Shown here one piece after another: positions 1 to 19,596 of a stretch of 64,000 nucleotides of DNA. Each line of letters starts with the position of its first letter. Positions within the stretch are counted from its first letter, which is position 1. Under the pieces are notes generated by a model. It saw only the letters and a program-made list of their open reading frames with translations. It was not told the DNA's origin and did no database searches. Position numbers and translations under genes: made by a program. Origin of the DNA: Lama guanicoe (lineage: Eukaryota); NCBI GenBank assembly GCA_013239625.1, contig MU054400.1, forward strand, positions 1,409,146 through 1,473,145, read 5' to 3'.

Positions 1-959
1 AGCCAGGCGTAGAAGAAGAGGATGCAAAGCTCCCCAGCCTCCAGACTACCATCCCTGAGCCCCTGGTTTCTGGTCTGTCCAGGAGGGTCCCGGGCCTTCC
101 TTGAGCTTGGGAGCCCGCAGCGGTCAGGGGACCCTGGGGACTCTGGGGGTAATTGAAACCAGGGCTAAGACATTAGAAACCATAACGCCGGCTCCCCGGC
201 TCCCCCAGGATAGCTCCTGGTTTTCTTCTTGCCAGATCCTCCCTGCTGCTGACAGCTCAGCTCTCTAGGCCCCGACCAGCTGGACCGCTGACCCTCCTCC
301 CCAAACCAACGAGAAGGGGCCTCCCACCAGAAGGCACCCAAAGCCAGCCCTGGGGGACCTCCTCTCTGTGCTCAGACAACCTCAGTGTACGCGAGGCTAA
401 CTTCCCCCCACCCCATCAAACATCCCCAGATTCTAATCTTGATCCCTTATTGCAGAAACTATCCTGGGGAGGATTTCTCAACAGTGCGAGAAAAGAGATG
501 GGAGAAGTGGGCAGAAGTGTCTCTCAACCAGCTGGTGCTTAGTAAGTACGTGAGAAAGAAAGAATGAGGATTAAAGCCAGGGCCCCATGGGGTCCAGGTG
601 TCGGCTGGGCGGGACCGGAAGCAGGGACGAGACAGGCTGCACACCAGCGTGGCAGCAAGGAGGATGCTCAGATAAGGAATTCTGTGGCCTGGGGTTCATC
701 TTCCATCCCTCTCCCTGCTCTGATGCTCTCTCTACTGCAGTCCTCATCTCTGACAAAAAGGACAGGGCGCCTTGTTTCTGTCTGCATGTTTGCCAGCCTG
801 ATGGGAAGGCCCTCCCCTGGCACAGCTGCCTGATGATTCCAGGATTCCCAAATTCCCTGGCAGTGCTGCTGTGGGAATCTGTCCTCACCTCTGTCTCTCT
901 CTCTCCTTGGCTCTTCGGAGAGACTGAAGGGATCAGAGAGCTACTCCACCACTTACCGG

Positions 960-1090
960 CTTTGTGGCCTCAGGCAAGTGACTTAACGTCTCTGTGCCTC
1001 AATTACCTCAGGAGTGAAATGGGATGGTAATTAATAGTGCCTATTTCCTATGACTGCTGTGAAGATGCAACTAAATGAGGTGATTCAGTC
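960..1090. mobile_element. MIR SINE fragment
   Basis: MIR-core-like GGCAAGTGACTTAAC.TCTCTGTGCCTCA...GTGAAATGGGATGGTAAT. Confidence 0.65.
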
Positions 1091-2529
1091 AAGGGAGAAG
1101 CACCAGCCTGGTGGGGACCAGAGCCCCCTTTGGCCTTGGCTTTTTCCCATCAGTGTCTCTGTCTCCTCCTCTGTCTGCCACAGTCTTTCTCTCCATCTCC
1201 CTATCTACATGATTCTCTATCGCTGAGTCTTTGTCTCCCCACCTTTCTCCTGATCCCTTGTCCTCTTCACATGTCTAGCTCTGCCCTCAGCTCCCCTGAC
1301 CGCCCTGTTTGACCCTGTTCCAACCCGTTTTGGCACAACTGGCCCAGGTCAGGTGGGGTGGGGCATCCAGGGAGGTTTTTAATTCAGACACAGAATTCCT
1401 GGCAGCAGGACCACACCTGGGCCCGAACATGAGTGAATCGCTTTGGTGGGAAGAGTGATTGTGTCTGTGTCCTCCCTGGAGGGGCAGGACTGCTGGGGGC
1501 TCGGCCTGGCAGTCTCTTGCCCTGACTGCTCCAAACTCCCCTACACCTGGGCCCAAGCCAGATCCCCCATATCTAGTGCCTGCTTGGAGGTAAGGCCACC
1601 TGCCCGAAAGGGGAAGCCCTCCAGCTCCATGTAGCGTGGCCTACTTGCCCTCAAGACACTCCTCCCACCCTCACCCCAAGTCCTGCTCTGAACTCCCCAT
1701 ACCCCTTCCCGAGCCCTGTAAGGAGACATGCCTCTGTCTTGTAACCTTGATCCATGACTTCGGCAGCCGCATATACTTTGCACCCCCAAACGTGAGCCAC
1801 AGGGACAGGAAACTATGGGAGTTGAAGGGTCTGGGTTCTCCACTGGGACCAATGAGCCCCTTCGTGGGAGGGTGGGGGGGATACAAAAGTTCCAGTGGTC
1901 ATTTCTGTATCACTGTGGATCTGTGAAGGCAGAAAGCATGTGTGAAATAGGTGCTCTGTGAATGTAAACCAAACGAAGGAGGGGCAAACAAAGACCCCAA
2001 ACAGGGAGCTGGGTGGCTGAGGCCCCAGCAGGCAGGAGCACGGGCAGACTGTGGAAAGGCTGCTGTCTGACTCTGCGGCTCAGCGTGGAGTCTTCTCTGG
2101 GGGCCAGGATCGGTCTCAACTAGCCCCAGACGCCCCCACACCTGGGCCCCAGCCAGGCCCTCACGTCAGCCCCTGGGCAGAGGGCCAGATGGGTGAGCCA
2201 TTAAGACTTGCCTCTCAATTCCCTATTTCCAGCACATCATTACCTCAAGGTGCCCACCAGCTTCAAGGAGACAGAGATGGGGCTACAGATCCAGAGAGGG
2301 AGAAACACTAGGCAGGGTCACACAGCAGGCAGAGGCTGGGAGCCCTGGTGTCCTGGCAGTCAGCCTGAGCCTGTCATGGAGACGCTGTGCCAACACTGTG
2401 ACAGGGGCCAGACCAAAAGCAGGATTTTACATGGGGAGAGCGCCTAGGGATCCTTGCACATTTGGGCAGCTGGGCCGGGGTGGAGCATCCCATCAGGCAA
2501 GGACAGATGTGCAGGCTTCCTGTCCCCAT

Positions 2530-2995
2530 CAGGTGGAGACAAGCATTGGGACAAGAGGTTCAGAGAGACAGAGTCAGAGCAAAAGAGAAGAGAGAGAGAA
2601 CCTGGGAGAGAGACCAAGAGACAGACACAATCAAAGACAGAGTCAGACACAAAAATAGAGATGCAGAGAAAGAAAGATGTGAGTCAGAGACACAGAGACA
2701 AGGAGATGCAAAAGGAGGGGGAGCTATGGAATTTAAGTCACAGAGACAAAGATAGGGAGAGACATGGATTCAGAGAGAAACAGTATCTCAATCACAGAGT
2801 AACAATGACATGGAGTCAAGAATATACAGACACAGACAGACAGTCAGAGACCAGGAGACAGGAAAAAAATAAAAAAACCAGGAGGAAGAAACAGAGATGG
2901 AGAAGACAGAGAGAGAGACACAACGATCAAGAGAGGCAGAGACATGGAGAGAGAGCAAGGCAAAGGGAGACAAAGGCAGAGTGAGGCAGAGAATG
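2530..2995. repeat. GA-rich low-complexity tract (AGAGAC-type)
   Basis: Degenerate GAGACAGA repeats; these produce the E/R/K/Q-rich spurious ORFs. Confidence 0.75.
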
Positions 2996-5019
2996 AGATC
3001 AAAACAGCAGGAATGGGAAAAGCAGGCAACAGAGGAGAGTCTCCTGGTCTCCAGTCTCTCTCCAGCCTGGTCTCCCCAGGGTTTGGAACCCCCTTGCTAT
3101 TCTTTGGTTTCCATAGCAACAGGGAGGGCAGCACCAAATTTGCATATGCATTTACATCCTTTCTATCTGCATAATTCAACAGGTTTCTGTGCATATTCAT
3201 GAGACTGTGAATGAAGGTGACTCTCCCAATTACTGCTCAAACCCTGGCTGTGGTGCCCCCTGCTCGCAGTACACGGTATGGTTCCAGGCCTGACCTCACA
3301 GGCCCTGACCTGTCGCTGCCAGGCCCTGCTAATGACATTCCCCCGCTGCTCCCCAAACACTTCCCTGTACTCTCCTTCCTCCAGATCTTTCCTCAGGTGA
3401 TGCCCCTCTGCCTTCCAGGAATGCCCTCCCCTCAGCATCAGTCCTGCCAACAGTACACATGCATGCATGCCCTTGCACGTGTGTGCACATGAACTCTGAT
3501 GGAGCGGGCATGGCAGTGAGTGACCAGTGCTCACTCTGGCTCCCTGGTGGAGGAGGCCCTTTGGTCACACTCCTCTCTGAAGTCAAAGAAGGGAGTGCAT
3601 GAAGGGATCACACTTAGAGGGGCTGGGGTGTAGGCTCAGCTAAAGGCAATACCTCTACCAACAGAGAGGGACCTGGGACATTGTGGCCTCCACATGGAAA
3701 CTGACAGAGGCCTGGTTGTAGCCAGAATAACCAGAGCGGCTAGGATAGAGCCCAAAGGAGTCTCAGGAACAGAGAACTGAGGCAGCTCCGATGGTTGGGA
3801 AGAGGGTGCCGGGGGTCAAGAAACCTTTCAAAGTGCCAAGCCTTGAAAGCTCTTGTGGGCTGGGAGGGGCTTCTCCAGGGTCCGCGCCAGCCACAATTTT
3901 AGCTTCACCATCTCCCGCTGGATCCCTACAGCCGCCTCCTCGCTGCTCTCCCTGCCCTGTGCTCCCAATCCACCTTCCACACTGCAGCAGCCTGAAACAT
4001 CAGTCTGATAATCCACATCATTGCCTCCTTAAAGCCTTTAGAGACTCTCCATCACCCACAAGAAAAGTCCAAGCTCCTTGGCCAGGCACTCAGGCCTTTC
4101 CGGTCCCGCCCCCCACCCACTTCTGTGCCTCATTCCTCACTGTCCCTGCTCTGAACTTCAGGCTCCAGTGATCCACCTGTGTTCTTCTCACCTCTACGTC
4201 TTAGCTCAGGCCTGTTCTTTACCCAGAATGTCCTTTCCACTTTTCTCCTAGCTCTTCTTCAGGATTCTACACAGGCATTACCTCCTTTTCTTTGAAGCTT
4301 TGCCTGTCCCTGGAGACTGGAGGAGGGGCTCTGAATTCCTCAAGTCTGATGAACCTCCCAAATTTCTGTGCTTATCACACCAGTAGTAAAATCATCTACA
4401 TACATGGCTTATAGCCCTCAGGGGGCTGGAGCGCCCCAGCCCAGTGACTATATTTATCCCATAATGGGTGATGGTTAGCTATTTGTTGGATAACTGAGAG
4501 GTCACTGAGCCTACTGAAGGCAAATTTCAAGCCTTGACTGTCTGCACAGATCCTGCAAAGGGAATGGATAGGGTATTCCTTTGCAAATGCCGCCATCTTG
4601 TGGACAGACTCAGAAGTGCAGCCAGACATCACCTGGGAGGGGAGGTGCCTTAGAGACCAGGCCTGATTCCTGAGCTCCAAGCAAACAGGGGAAAGCGAGG
4701 AGGCAGGGCCTGAAGAGAGCGAGCCACCGGTGTCCTTTGAACATTCTTGATGAGCTGTAAGCAGACAGAATGGCAAGAGCAAAGGCTCAGACGCAGAAAA
4801 ATCTCATGGCAAGTGGGATGAGTGAGGAATAGTGTGGCCACAGCCCAGGGTCCAAGGGGACCAAGCCAAAGATGGACTGTGCCATGGAAGTGCCCAATAA
4901 AGGGGGTCCTTTAAGGCCATCTGGTGAATGGATTTGGATCTTATCTTCTAATCTGAGCATGGGGAGACTAAGGGAGCAGAAGAATGACAGATCTGGGTGT
5001 GGCCACACATTTGGAGGCT

Positions 5020-5460
5020 CAATATTCATTCACCTATGAAATATTTATGGAGCACCTACTATGTGCCAAGCAATGTTCAAGGGCCATAGGTTACATCACT
5101 GAACAAAACAGACTCCTGACCATTCAGAGTGTACATTCTCATCAGGAGGAGACAGACAACAAACAAAAATATTAAAGGCGTAAATTATATTCAAAGGCAA
5201 AAAGGTAAAAAAGATAAAAGGCAGGGTAAGGGAGATGAGATGTGCAATTTTAAATGGAGTGGTCAGAGTAGGCCTCCTTGAGGTGACATTTGAGAAAAGA
5301 CTTAAAGGAGAGAGGGAGACAGCCATGCAGGTATCTGGCAGATGAGCATTCTAACAAAGGGAACAGCCAGTGGCTGGGTCTGCAAGACAATGATGGGCGC
5401 AAACCAATGGAGGCTGTGGGAATGGAGAGAGACCTCGGAAGCAAAATCGGCAGGACTTGG
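5020..5460. mobile_element. L2 LINE 3'-end fragment
   Basis: ATTCATTCA...ATATTTATGGAGCACCTACTATGTGCCAAG and AGGCCTCCTTGAGGTGACATTTGAG are typical L2 motifs. Confidence 0.65.
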
Positions 5461-5764
5461 AGCCTGCCTGCATGTTGGAGATATGCAACTCCTCTGGTCC
5501 TATTGTGTCCTGAAGTCCCCATTTCAAGGCTGACAAGCTCACTAGACATGCCTCTTCTCAGGTAGGTAGTGAGAAAGCTCAGCACATTGTATCCTGGATG
5601 CTCCCCCGCTGAGCACACATATCACCGCAGTCCCCAGCCTCTTAGCTCCTTATCATCAGTGACTTTCCCTCCAGGCCAGCACTCTACTCTCATGCCCACA
5701 ACCAAGTCCTGTCAGCTCCCCAACCTCTCAAACTCACTGATGCCTTCATTTCATCTTTAGCTAC

Positions 5765-6207
5765 TGTTATGTGTTGAATTGCTTCCCTCCATAAAACTAT
5801 GTTGAAGTCCTAACCCCTAGTACCTCAAAATGTGACCTGATTTGAAAATAGGATCTTTACAGAGGTAATCAAGTTAAACTGAGGTCACTGGGATGGGCCC
5901 TAATCCAATATGACTGGCATCCCTACAAAAAAGAGAAATTTGGACACAGAAACAGACAGAAAGGGAAGACAATGTGAAGATGGGTGATTGGAGTAATGCA
6001 TCCCAAAGCCAAGAAGGCCAAAGACTGCCGGCAAGCCAGAAGCCAGGAAGAGTCAAGGAAGGGTTCCCTTGCAGGTTTCAGAGGGAAAATGGCTCTGACA
6101 CCTTGATTTCGAACTTGTAGTCTCCCAGAATGTGAGACTGGACATTTCTGTTGTTGTAGGCCACCCAGTAGGTGGCACTTTGTCACGGCAGCCCTAGACA
6201 CTGCACA
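5765..6207. mobile_element. MLT1-type MaLR solo LTR
   Basis: TGTT...TATGTTGAAGTCCTAACCCCTAGTACCTCA...GGGCCCTAATCCAATATGACTGG...TTTGTCACGGCAGCCCTAG...ACA. Confidence 0.8.
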
Positions 6208-8427
6208 GCTCTGACACCTTGTTCTCATCTCTCCCTACCCAACCCACCCCAGACATCTCCACAGGGACCTCCAGGCCACTGACCCTTGGCCCTTTGTATC
6301 TTCACTTCTTTCTTTCCTGACTCAGTTTGGATTCCATGATCTTTCACCACGTGCAGTTTCTTGCTAGCGTCCTCACTGTTCTTCCATCATTCCTGCCCGT
6401 CTTAACCTCAGTCTAGAAGAAAGCAACAGTGCTTCCTCTGAGTCTTCACCTCAGCACCTGTGGGTGCTGCTGGAGCTCACACATCGTGACTAGGGACATT
6501 ACAAGTTCATGGTCACCAGCCTCACCTGAGCTTTTAGCCCTGCCTGGTCACCCTCCTGTACCTCCTTGGGTAACTTTCCCAGTTGCAGCAACCATCTCAC
6601 ACTTCCTTCCCACCAGCCTCCTGGCTCCACTCTCAGCAGCAGAGATTAGAAACCATCTGAACTCTCTGAATCCCCTCACGTCCCACCTTTACCTCCACAC
6701 CCATCCTCAGCTCCTTCCCTCCTGTTGTAGGGGGTCATTCCTCCTCTTCCCTTACCTCCCTGCTCCCAGGCCCGCTTCCTTTCACCACCGCCCTTCCCCA
6801 AGGAGTCTCACTCGAGTTACCCAGTCTCTTTCACTATAGGCCCCCTCCATCAGCCTACACACATGCTCAAGTCTCCAATGCATTAAAAATAAACAAATAA
6901 ATAAAACTCTCTCTGTATCCCAATTACCTCTCTCCCATCACATTACAGTTTTTTGAAAAAGCTGTCTCTAATCCCTTACCTTTTGTGCCCAGGTATAACC
7001 TTTTCTACGAGATTATGGAGGAAGAAGCCATATTACAGTGGATTAAGGAGAAAGTGGGAAGTAAAGAAATTGAATCAGCAATTATACACAACTCTCATGC
7101 TCCATCCCTCTTAAGCTTGGTCAAGCTCTCCAACTCTGAAGGCCCTACTTCCCTCTGGCTCCCTCCCTGCAGTTCCTCCTGTGGATCCCCTGTGGGCCCT
7201 GCAGAAGCCAAGGAGAGGAAAGGCCCCAGAATCACAAGCCATCTGTCCCTCAGCCTGTGTCCTCTCTCCTGATTCTGGGCTGCAGATCCTGTTCTCCCCA
7301 AGGGATTCTGACCCCAGCTCAGTTTCCCTCCACACTACCCCTGCCATCATCCTGGAGACCCCGGGTGGCGCCTTAATGAGGAGCTCATCCTAGGACCCCT
7401 GGAGCTGGTGATGCCACCTTGCTGAACCATTCCCTCAGCACCAGTCACCAATGCTTATTCCACATGATCATCCCACCCTGGCCACAGCAGGCTGGATCAG
7501 GATGGGATGCTGAGCCAAAGATCAACAGTCTGCAAGTAGCCTGGCCCTAAGGCTCTGGGGACCAATGACACTCAGAGAGCTGTTGATGGTAGAAGACATT
7601 TAAGTGGAGTTGCTCAGAGAAAAGGCAATAAGCAGAAGCTGACAGTGGGGAGATGCAAAAACCCTGAACTAGTCACAGAGAGAATGGGGAGAAGTCAGGC
7701 AGTTGCTGGTAGCAAGACACCTGAGTCACGACCACAGCCTCCTGGAGTGTTAGATGCTTCATGACCTTCTGCGGTTGAGAGGCCTGGCTGGGCAGCTGCT
7801 GAGAGGGTTTCCTGTCTCTCCTAATATCCCTCAAATCTCCATCCTCCACTCTGGGCAACTTACCTTGGAAAGCAAAAAAGTTCGAAGTTTTGACCATAGC
7901 CTTCTGGCCCTGTGGTCCCCTCATTCCTGCTCTAAGAAGCCCTTATTGAGGCCTCCAGTCTCCCAACTCCAGCTCTCCCAATATCTCAGCCCCTCCTGCC
8001 TGCACTCAGCCAAGCATCACATCAACACTCTCACATTGCTGTGCCCACCTTTCCACATTAGCCCGAAAGAGCCCTAACCATGTGCTTTCCTGGTGACTGG
8101 ACACCGAGGATACTGGACACAACAGAGAAGACCTTAAAATCCAGTGGGGGACCCAATTCACTCAACTCTTCACTTAGTCTACCACTGCCCATGATCCTGC
8201 TCTGGTTCCTGGCAACCCTGGCTACCACTGCAATCTTCACCTTTCTCCTCATGCCCCTGACCTGACCATGGCGAATCTGAGAGTCTACGGCCAAGGTGAG
8301 ATAGAAAAGCAGCAGCAAGGGGTAAAAACGAAAGACCCGGAGGGGAGATGTGGGATTGAGGTTATGTTTTTTAGGCAAAAGCATGTTTGTAAGATGAGTC
8401 ATTAATAATGAGAGCAATTAACATTTG

Positions 8428-8585
8428 CAGTCATCCCTTGGTATCCTCAGGGAATTAGTTCCAGAGCTCCCCTAGACTTTTTTACCAAAATCTGCAGATG
8501 CTCAAGTCCCTTACACAGGATGTATAGTACAGTCAGCCCTCTGTATCCACGGGTTCTGCATCCACAGATGTGCAGATCTGACTGT
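8428..8585. mobile_element. MER2/Tigger-type DNA transposon remnant
   Basis: CAGTCATCCCTTGGTATCC...CAAAATCTGCAGATGCTCAAGTCCCTTA...CAGTCAGCCCTCTGTATCC. Confidence 0.6.
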
Positions 8586-8803
8586 ATATAGGCCCAGGTG
8601 TGTATATATAATCTAAGAATCCTATACACCTATTCCTACATTTAATCCTTAAAACAGCCCTATGAGGTAACCACTATATTCCGTTTTACAGATGAGAACA
8701 CTGAGGCACGAGCAGTAATTTGCTAATTAACTGGCCAAATCAGGATTCAAATCGAGGTAGTCTGGTGCCCCAAGACCATGATCTTAACTACTACACCATA
8801 ATG

Positions 8804-9270
8804 CAGGCATACCTCAGAGATAACGTGGATTCAGTTCCAGACCACCTCAACAAAACGAAGATCTCAATAAAGCAAGTCACACAAAATTTTCAGTTTCCCA
8901 CTGTATACAAAAGTTATGGTTACACTCTACTGTGGTCTATTAAAAGTGCAATAAATAGCATTATGTCTAAAAAACAATGTACATACTTTAAAAATATTTT
9001 ATTGCTAAAAAATGCTAACCATCATCTGAGCCATCAAAGAATTAAAGCAGTAACATCAAAGATCACTGATCATAGATCCATATAACAAGTGTAATAATGA
9101 AAAAATCTGAGATATTGTGAGAATTATGGAAATGTGATACAGAGAAACGAAGTAAGCAAATGCTGTTGGAGAAATGGCGCCGACAGACTTGTTCAATGCA
9201 GATTTGCAACAAACTCTCACTTTGTAAAAAACGCAGTTTCTGAGCAGTGCAATAAAATGAGATAGGTCTG
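8804..9270. mobile_element. Internally deleted Tigger1-like (TcMar) DNA transposon
   Basis: Begins CAGGCATACCTCAGAGATA and ends GCAATAAAATGAGATAGGTCTG-TA; both ends resemble Tigger1 termini. Confidence 0.75.
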
Positions 9271-9822
9271 TATATGCTGCATATAGAACAAAATGTGTGA
9301 CCTAGTAGAGTCCTTAAACCAGCCCCAAACAGGCAGCAGACAGCCACCCAGGGGTCTAGACACAGTCAGGGAGGTTACTGCTTGAGGCTTCTTATTGACT
9401 CCAGATCCTCCCAGCACTAACCTGAGCCTACCCTTCCTGTCTCCAGCCTGTGAGCTCCTGGGGTGACTCCCACACTCTTAATCCCACCTCCACACAGTAG
9501 GCCAAGCAGAGGCTCATCAGACAAATGATTTATTTCCCAGCCCACTCCCTGGACCTCTGTCAGAAGGTAGATCAGAGATACAGCAGGTATAAGGCAGAGT
9601 AAGCCCCTCTTAAGCAATCCAGAACCCAGGAGAGACCCCACAGCTGTCACTCTTCACAGCAGTCCCTTTCTACAAGCCAGACGGAAGTTGAAGCAGGACT
9701 GGGAGGCCCAGTTCTGCAGACTCAAGTCTTGTTCAAGATGTTGAGCAGTTACAGAGTCTTCTCAAAGAAGGCATAGCCATCTTACACCCACAGGCCTGGA
9801 GAAAAGCTTGCTCAGCAGGTCC

Positions 9823-10314
9823 TCAGAACCGGGAGTCTCGAGCCCTTCTTCGGGGTCGGGCGCCACAGCTGGAGCTAGGTGTGGGGCCCAGGCCAGGGGG
9901 TGCCCCTGGGGGCTGGTAGCCACATTCACTGGGGTCCAGGGGGTCCCGGCTGAGCAATACCCACACCGCAGGCACATGGCGGCGAACCGTGAGGGGATCT
10001 AGGCCTGTGTTAGGTGAGGTTGGCACCCAGCTGTCCTCGGTCTGCAGGAAGCGCAGCTTGGTAAGCTGGTGAAGGCCTGGAACCCGCCGTTTGACAATCT
10101 CAGCACAGCTGACAGCCTTGCCTGCAGCTCGGCCAGAACCTGAGAACACCACATGCCTTGCGCTGCCACCTTCCAACCGACCCAGCGCCAGCCCCAGAAG
10201 GTTGCGAATTTTGCTGCCATCTCGGACCCGCATCTCCAAGGTATCAGGAGGTAGCTGGGGCATCGGGGAAGATGCTGGGAGTTCCACAGAGCCAGCTTTC
10301 CGGTAGTGCTCCAT
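9823..10314 (-). CDS. RPP25L: Ribonuclease P protein subunit p25-like (Alba-fold), single coding exon, 163 aa
   Basis: ATG at 10314 gives MEHYRKAGSVELP...EMRVRDGSKIRNLLGLAL...KAVSCAEIVKRR...WVLLSRDPLD...RRARDSRF*, 492 nt. Probable acceptor before 10360 and a non-coding exon 1 ending at 11110 (GTGAG donor) in a CpG island. Minus-strand AATAAA at 9529-9534. Confidence 0.95.
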   Translation of the reverse strand: MEHYRKAGSVELPASSPMPQLPPDTLEMRVRDGSKIRNLLGLALGRLEGGSARHVVFSGSGRAAGKAVSCAEIVKRRVPGLHQLTKLRFLQTEDSWVPTSPNTGLDPLTVRRHVPAVWVLLSRDPLDPSECGYQPPGAPPGLGPTPSSSCGARPRRRARDSRF

Positions 10315-10949
10315 CCCGCTTGTTGTCTGTTGCTGTGTCGTGGCTGAATCTCGCTGCTCACTGCACGGAAGCAGCAGAGGAATGCTAGGCAATGTGCACC
10401 AGGCCACCATCACCCTGGCCTCTAAGACTTGGCCCTGCTCCTCATCCCAGACTCCCCAGGAAAAAGGACCATATCTCCTCACCCTGCTAAGGTGCTGTAC
10501 CCCATTCCTTTGGACAGGGCCATAACCCTCTCCGACCCCGGAGTCCCTGAGACAGGATCAAATTCCCCACACTGGCCACGCCCCCTCATCCCAAACTCCC
10601 TAGGACTGGGGATGAACTTCCCTCCGCTGGGGCTCCTTGGGACAGGGTCCGGGGCTCACCCTGGATTCCCTGAGAACAAGACTGCGTGTTCCTCACCCTG
10701 GGCTCTCCGAGGGGTAACAGGGACCAGGCCCTCTCACTTCGTGCGCCCAGAGGACAGGGTCAAGCCCCTACACCCCAAGCTCCCTGAGACAGAGCCAAAA
10801 GTCCTCATCCAAAAGTTCCTCAAGGACAGAGCTGACTCTCTCCTCAACTCCGGGACCACGAGGGCAGGGCCTAGCACGCCTCACTCGGAGATTCCCAGGG
10901 TCGATCCCCCAACCCAGGTCGCTCAGAAACTCGGGAGCAGAGGCCTGAT

Positions 10950-11700
10950 GTCGAGGGCTGCCCGGGCTACTCCCGGCGTCAGGAGCACTGCCGCGGGCCG
11001 CCCTCAGTGTCCTGCCTGCCGCAGCAGCCCGGCAGCCTGCCGCCCCTCTCCTCCCCCGCCCGCCCCGCCCCCTCCATGCGCCCCCACCCCGCCGAGTTCC
11101 AGCTCTCACCGCCGCGGCCACGCACCCCTCAAGCTCGATCTGAAGCCAAGATGGCGCGAGCCGGGAGCGCGCCGGGGCTGCGGGGGCGCGCACGCCGGCG
11201 GGGCGGGGCCGGGGCGTCCGGGAGCGAGCCGAGCCGGGACGCGCGGGGCCGGAGCGCACGGTGGTCTCCCGCGTTCGCCCCGGCAAGGAGCACTCATAAC
11301 GGGGCGGAGAGAGCCCTGAGGAGGAGATGAGCGGCCGTCTGGGGAGTCCCGCGTACTAAGGACGCGGAGGATTTGGCCTTTGGAAGATGACAGGGCGAGC
11401 CGCAAGAGCAGAGGCGGAGCCCCGGGCTTCACTTTGGGAAGGATCAAGAGGTTCCGTTTGGAGGGGCTGCTGCTGGGGGGGCGAGTTCTGAGCTTCCACC
11501 TCATACTGTGGGCACTGGCGAACCACGGCGGGGGGGTGGTTTTCATCAGACGCAAGTCAAATCAGTTCCTGTGCACAGCTCGCTCTGGCTGCAGCGCAGG
11601 GTGTGGCGCGGCAGTGGGAGCCCGGCCGCAGCCGCTGGTGACTGCTGGTGACTCCTGGCCACTAGGTCCCTGGGGGCGTGCCCACGGAGACTTGCCCGCG
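10950..11700. promoter_or_regulatory. CpG island / RPP25L promoter
   Basis: Very GC- and CpG-dense, GGGCGG boxes, YY1-like AAGATGGCG near 11148, next to the putative non-coding exon 1. Confidence 0.75.
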
Positions 11701-12791
11701 TATAATAGGCGCTCAAATGGTTGTCACATCATTTGTTGAAAGGATGAACCAGAGAAATAGCAGTGGGAATGGGGAAAAGTAGAGTAAGTTGGAAGATACC
11801 AGGAGGTAGGTTTGACGACTGTTCGGACGGAGGAGGGAAGAGTCTAGGATAACTCCCAGGTTCAGATAAGCTGCATCTGAGATGCCAATGAGACCATGCC
11901 GGTGGGGTGGCGGGCAGGCAGTTGGAAAGGTCTTGGAGCCACAGCCCTCCCTGAGACCACAAGAGGGCAGCAAACACTTGGTGGAGTGAGATGCCAGTCA
12001 GTTTCTCTGATCTTTAACATGCTCCCTCTCTCCTTTCCAACCACACCACCCTTACCCCTACCCCGAAATACCCCCTGCATCCAAACCTTATAGGCTCCCT
12101 TCTTGGTTAATAGCACCAAGTAGGCTCCCAAGAGAGAAACTTCAGGCTCCTCTCTGACTTTGCATATGCTGGGCTCCCTTGGCTCTCAAAGACACTGCAT
12201 GTCACCCTCCAGGACTACGTCCCACATCCCTTTTTCTTCTGTGCCCCAAAGAACCCTCGTGCCACCTGGTTCCCTTCCCTTTTCCTTGACTGTCTCCCCG
12301 GCTATCCCGTACAGGCCAGGGATCAGGTGGACTCTACCTGTGTCCTCCCCACCTGGCATGGCATCTGACAGAGTGTACTTGGTAAATGTGGGATGAATGG
12401 ATACACAAATGTTCCACTCACATCAAGCAAATGACAGCGTTCATCCTGAGAGCTCTACATCGTCCAGAAAGCCAGACTAGGATGAGTATAGCTCTTGATC
12501 CAAACTCTAGGAAAGCAGACAACTCGCTTCCATCACCCTCATCACCACCACCATCCCCATCCTAGACCAGGAAGCTGGCACACTCCTCAGTGGTCTCCAC
12601 AGTTTATTGTCACTGGAATAGGGCACTGATGAGGGGAGGGGGTGCAAATAGCAAATCTCAAGTAGCCAGACCTCTGACCTCAGAGCTCTACCTGAGTGCA
12701 GACATGTAGGTCATGAATCCAATAAATACAGAACTGCCTCTGCTCTGCCCTGTTACAAGGCCCTGGTGCACCCTGGGATGGGCAGCAGCCA

Positions 12792-18780
<5,989 letters not shown>

Positions 18781-19596
18781 ACCCTAACATCCAGACCCTG
18801 CTGGTCAAGGCAACCTTTGCCTTTGTACATCTAATTCCAGAGGACCAGAGGGGTTTCCCTACCCCATTCCCCGAGGTTGCATATATAAATATACCCATTA
18901 TTTTAAGACTGGTCCATTCCCATAGACCAGTAGGAGGCCCCGTGAGATGCCACAATCTTCTGGAGTCTTCTAAGCTTCAAGAGATTAAGTGTCGTACCTA
19001 AGGGTACTCAACACTGTAGTGGCAGAATCGGGATTTGAACTCAGGCAGTCTGATTCATGAGACTGAGCTCCCCTACTCATGGACCTTTGCTATAGTGTCT
19101 TCCTCTCTGAGAACTTCTGGCCCAACGCAGCCTATGTATTACCACATAATTCCTCCTCAGCCCATAGACCGAAACAAGGAGAGGAGGCACTGGAGAGAGA
19201 GTGACCGCAGCTTTATTATCCAGATGTGACCCGAGGGACATTGCCTTCACAAGATCCAAACCCAACCCTTCACCTGGCTCCCGAAGAGAAGCAGATCTGA
19301 CTCGAAGAGGTGGGGTCCTGGAGATGACATTGACACGAAGGAGTACATGAGGAGATGAGGGGGTTACTGGGGGCAGAATTCTTTGGTAGATGCTGCTGGA
19401 GTTGACCAGGGAGGGGTGCTCTCCCTTTTCAATGAGGTAGATGTAACATCAAAAGAAATCTCTTTGGCTCTAAGTCCACATGGCATTGGGGGGGTCACCT
19501 CCCAGGGCTGGATCCTAGAGTGGGCACCCTGGAAGAATGGGCCAGGGGGTGTGTCCTCTCCCCTCAGCAATGGGGCTGGTACTCTTAATTTCTCTC

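Noticed and set aside
1..700. Possible exon or promoter of an upstream neighbour (CNTFR expected by synteny)
   Set aside because: No coding similarity or clear CpG island recognised; only scattered CCCNNGGG motifs.
2454..2984. 176-aa E/R/K/Q-rich ORF
   Set aside because: Translation of a GA-rich simple repeat.
10315..10482. N-terminal extension of the RPP25L ORF to 219 aa
   Set aside because: It starts at a non-ATG codon and runs through intron sequence upstream of the acceptor at 10360; the first in-frame ATG gives the expected 163 aa.
10429..11319. 296-aa plus-strand ORF and overlapping GC-rich ORFs
   Set aside because: Stop-poor CpG island, low-complexity Pro/Arg/Gly content, no recognisable domain.
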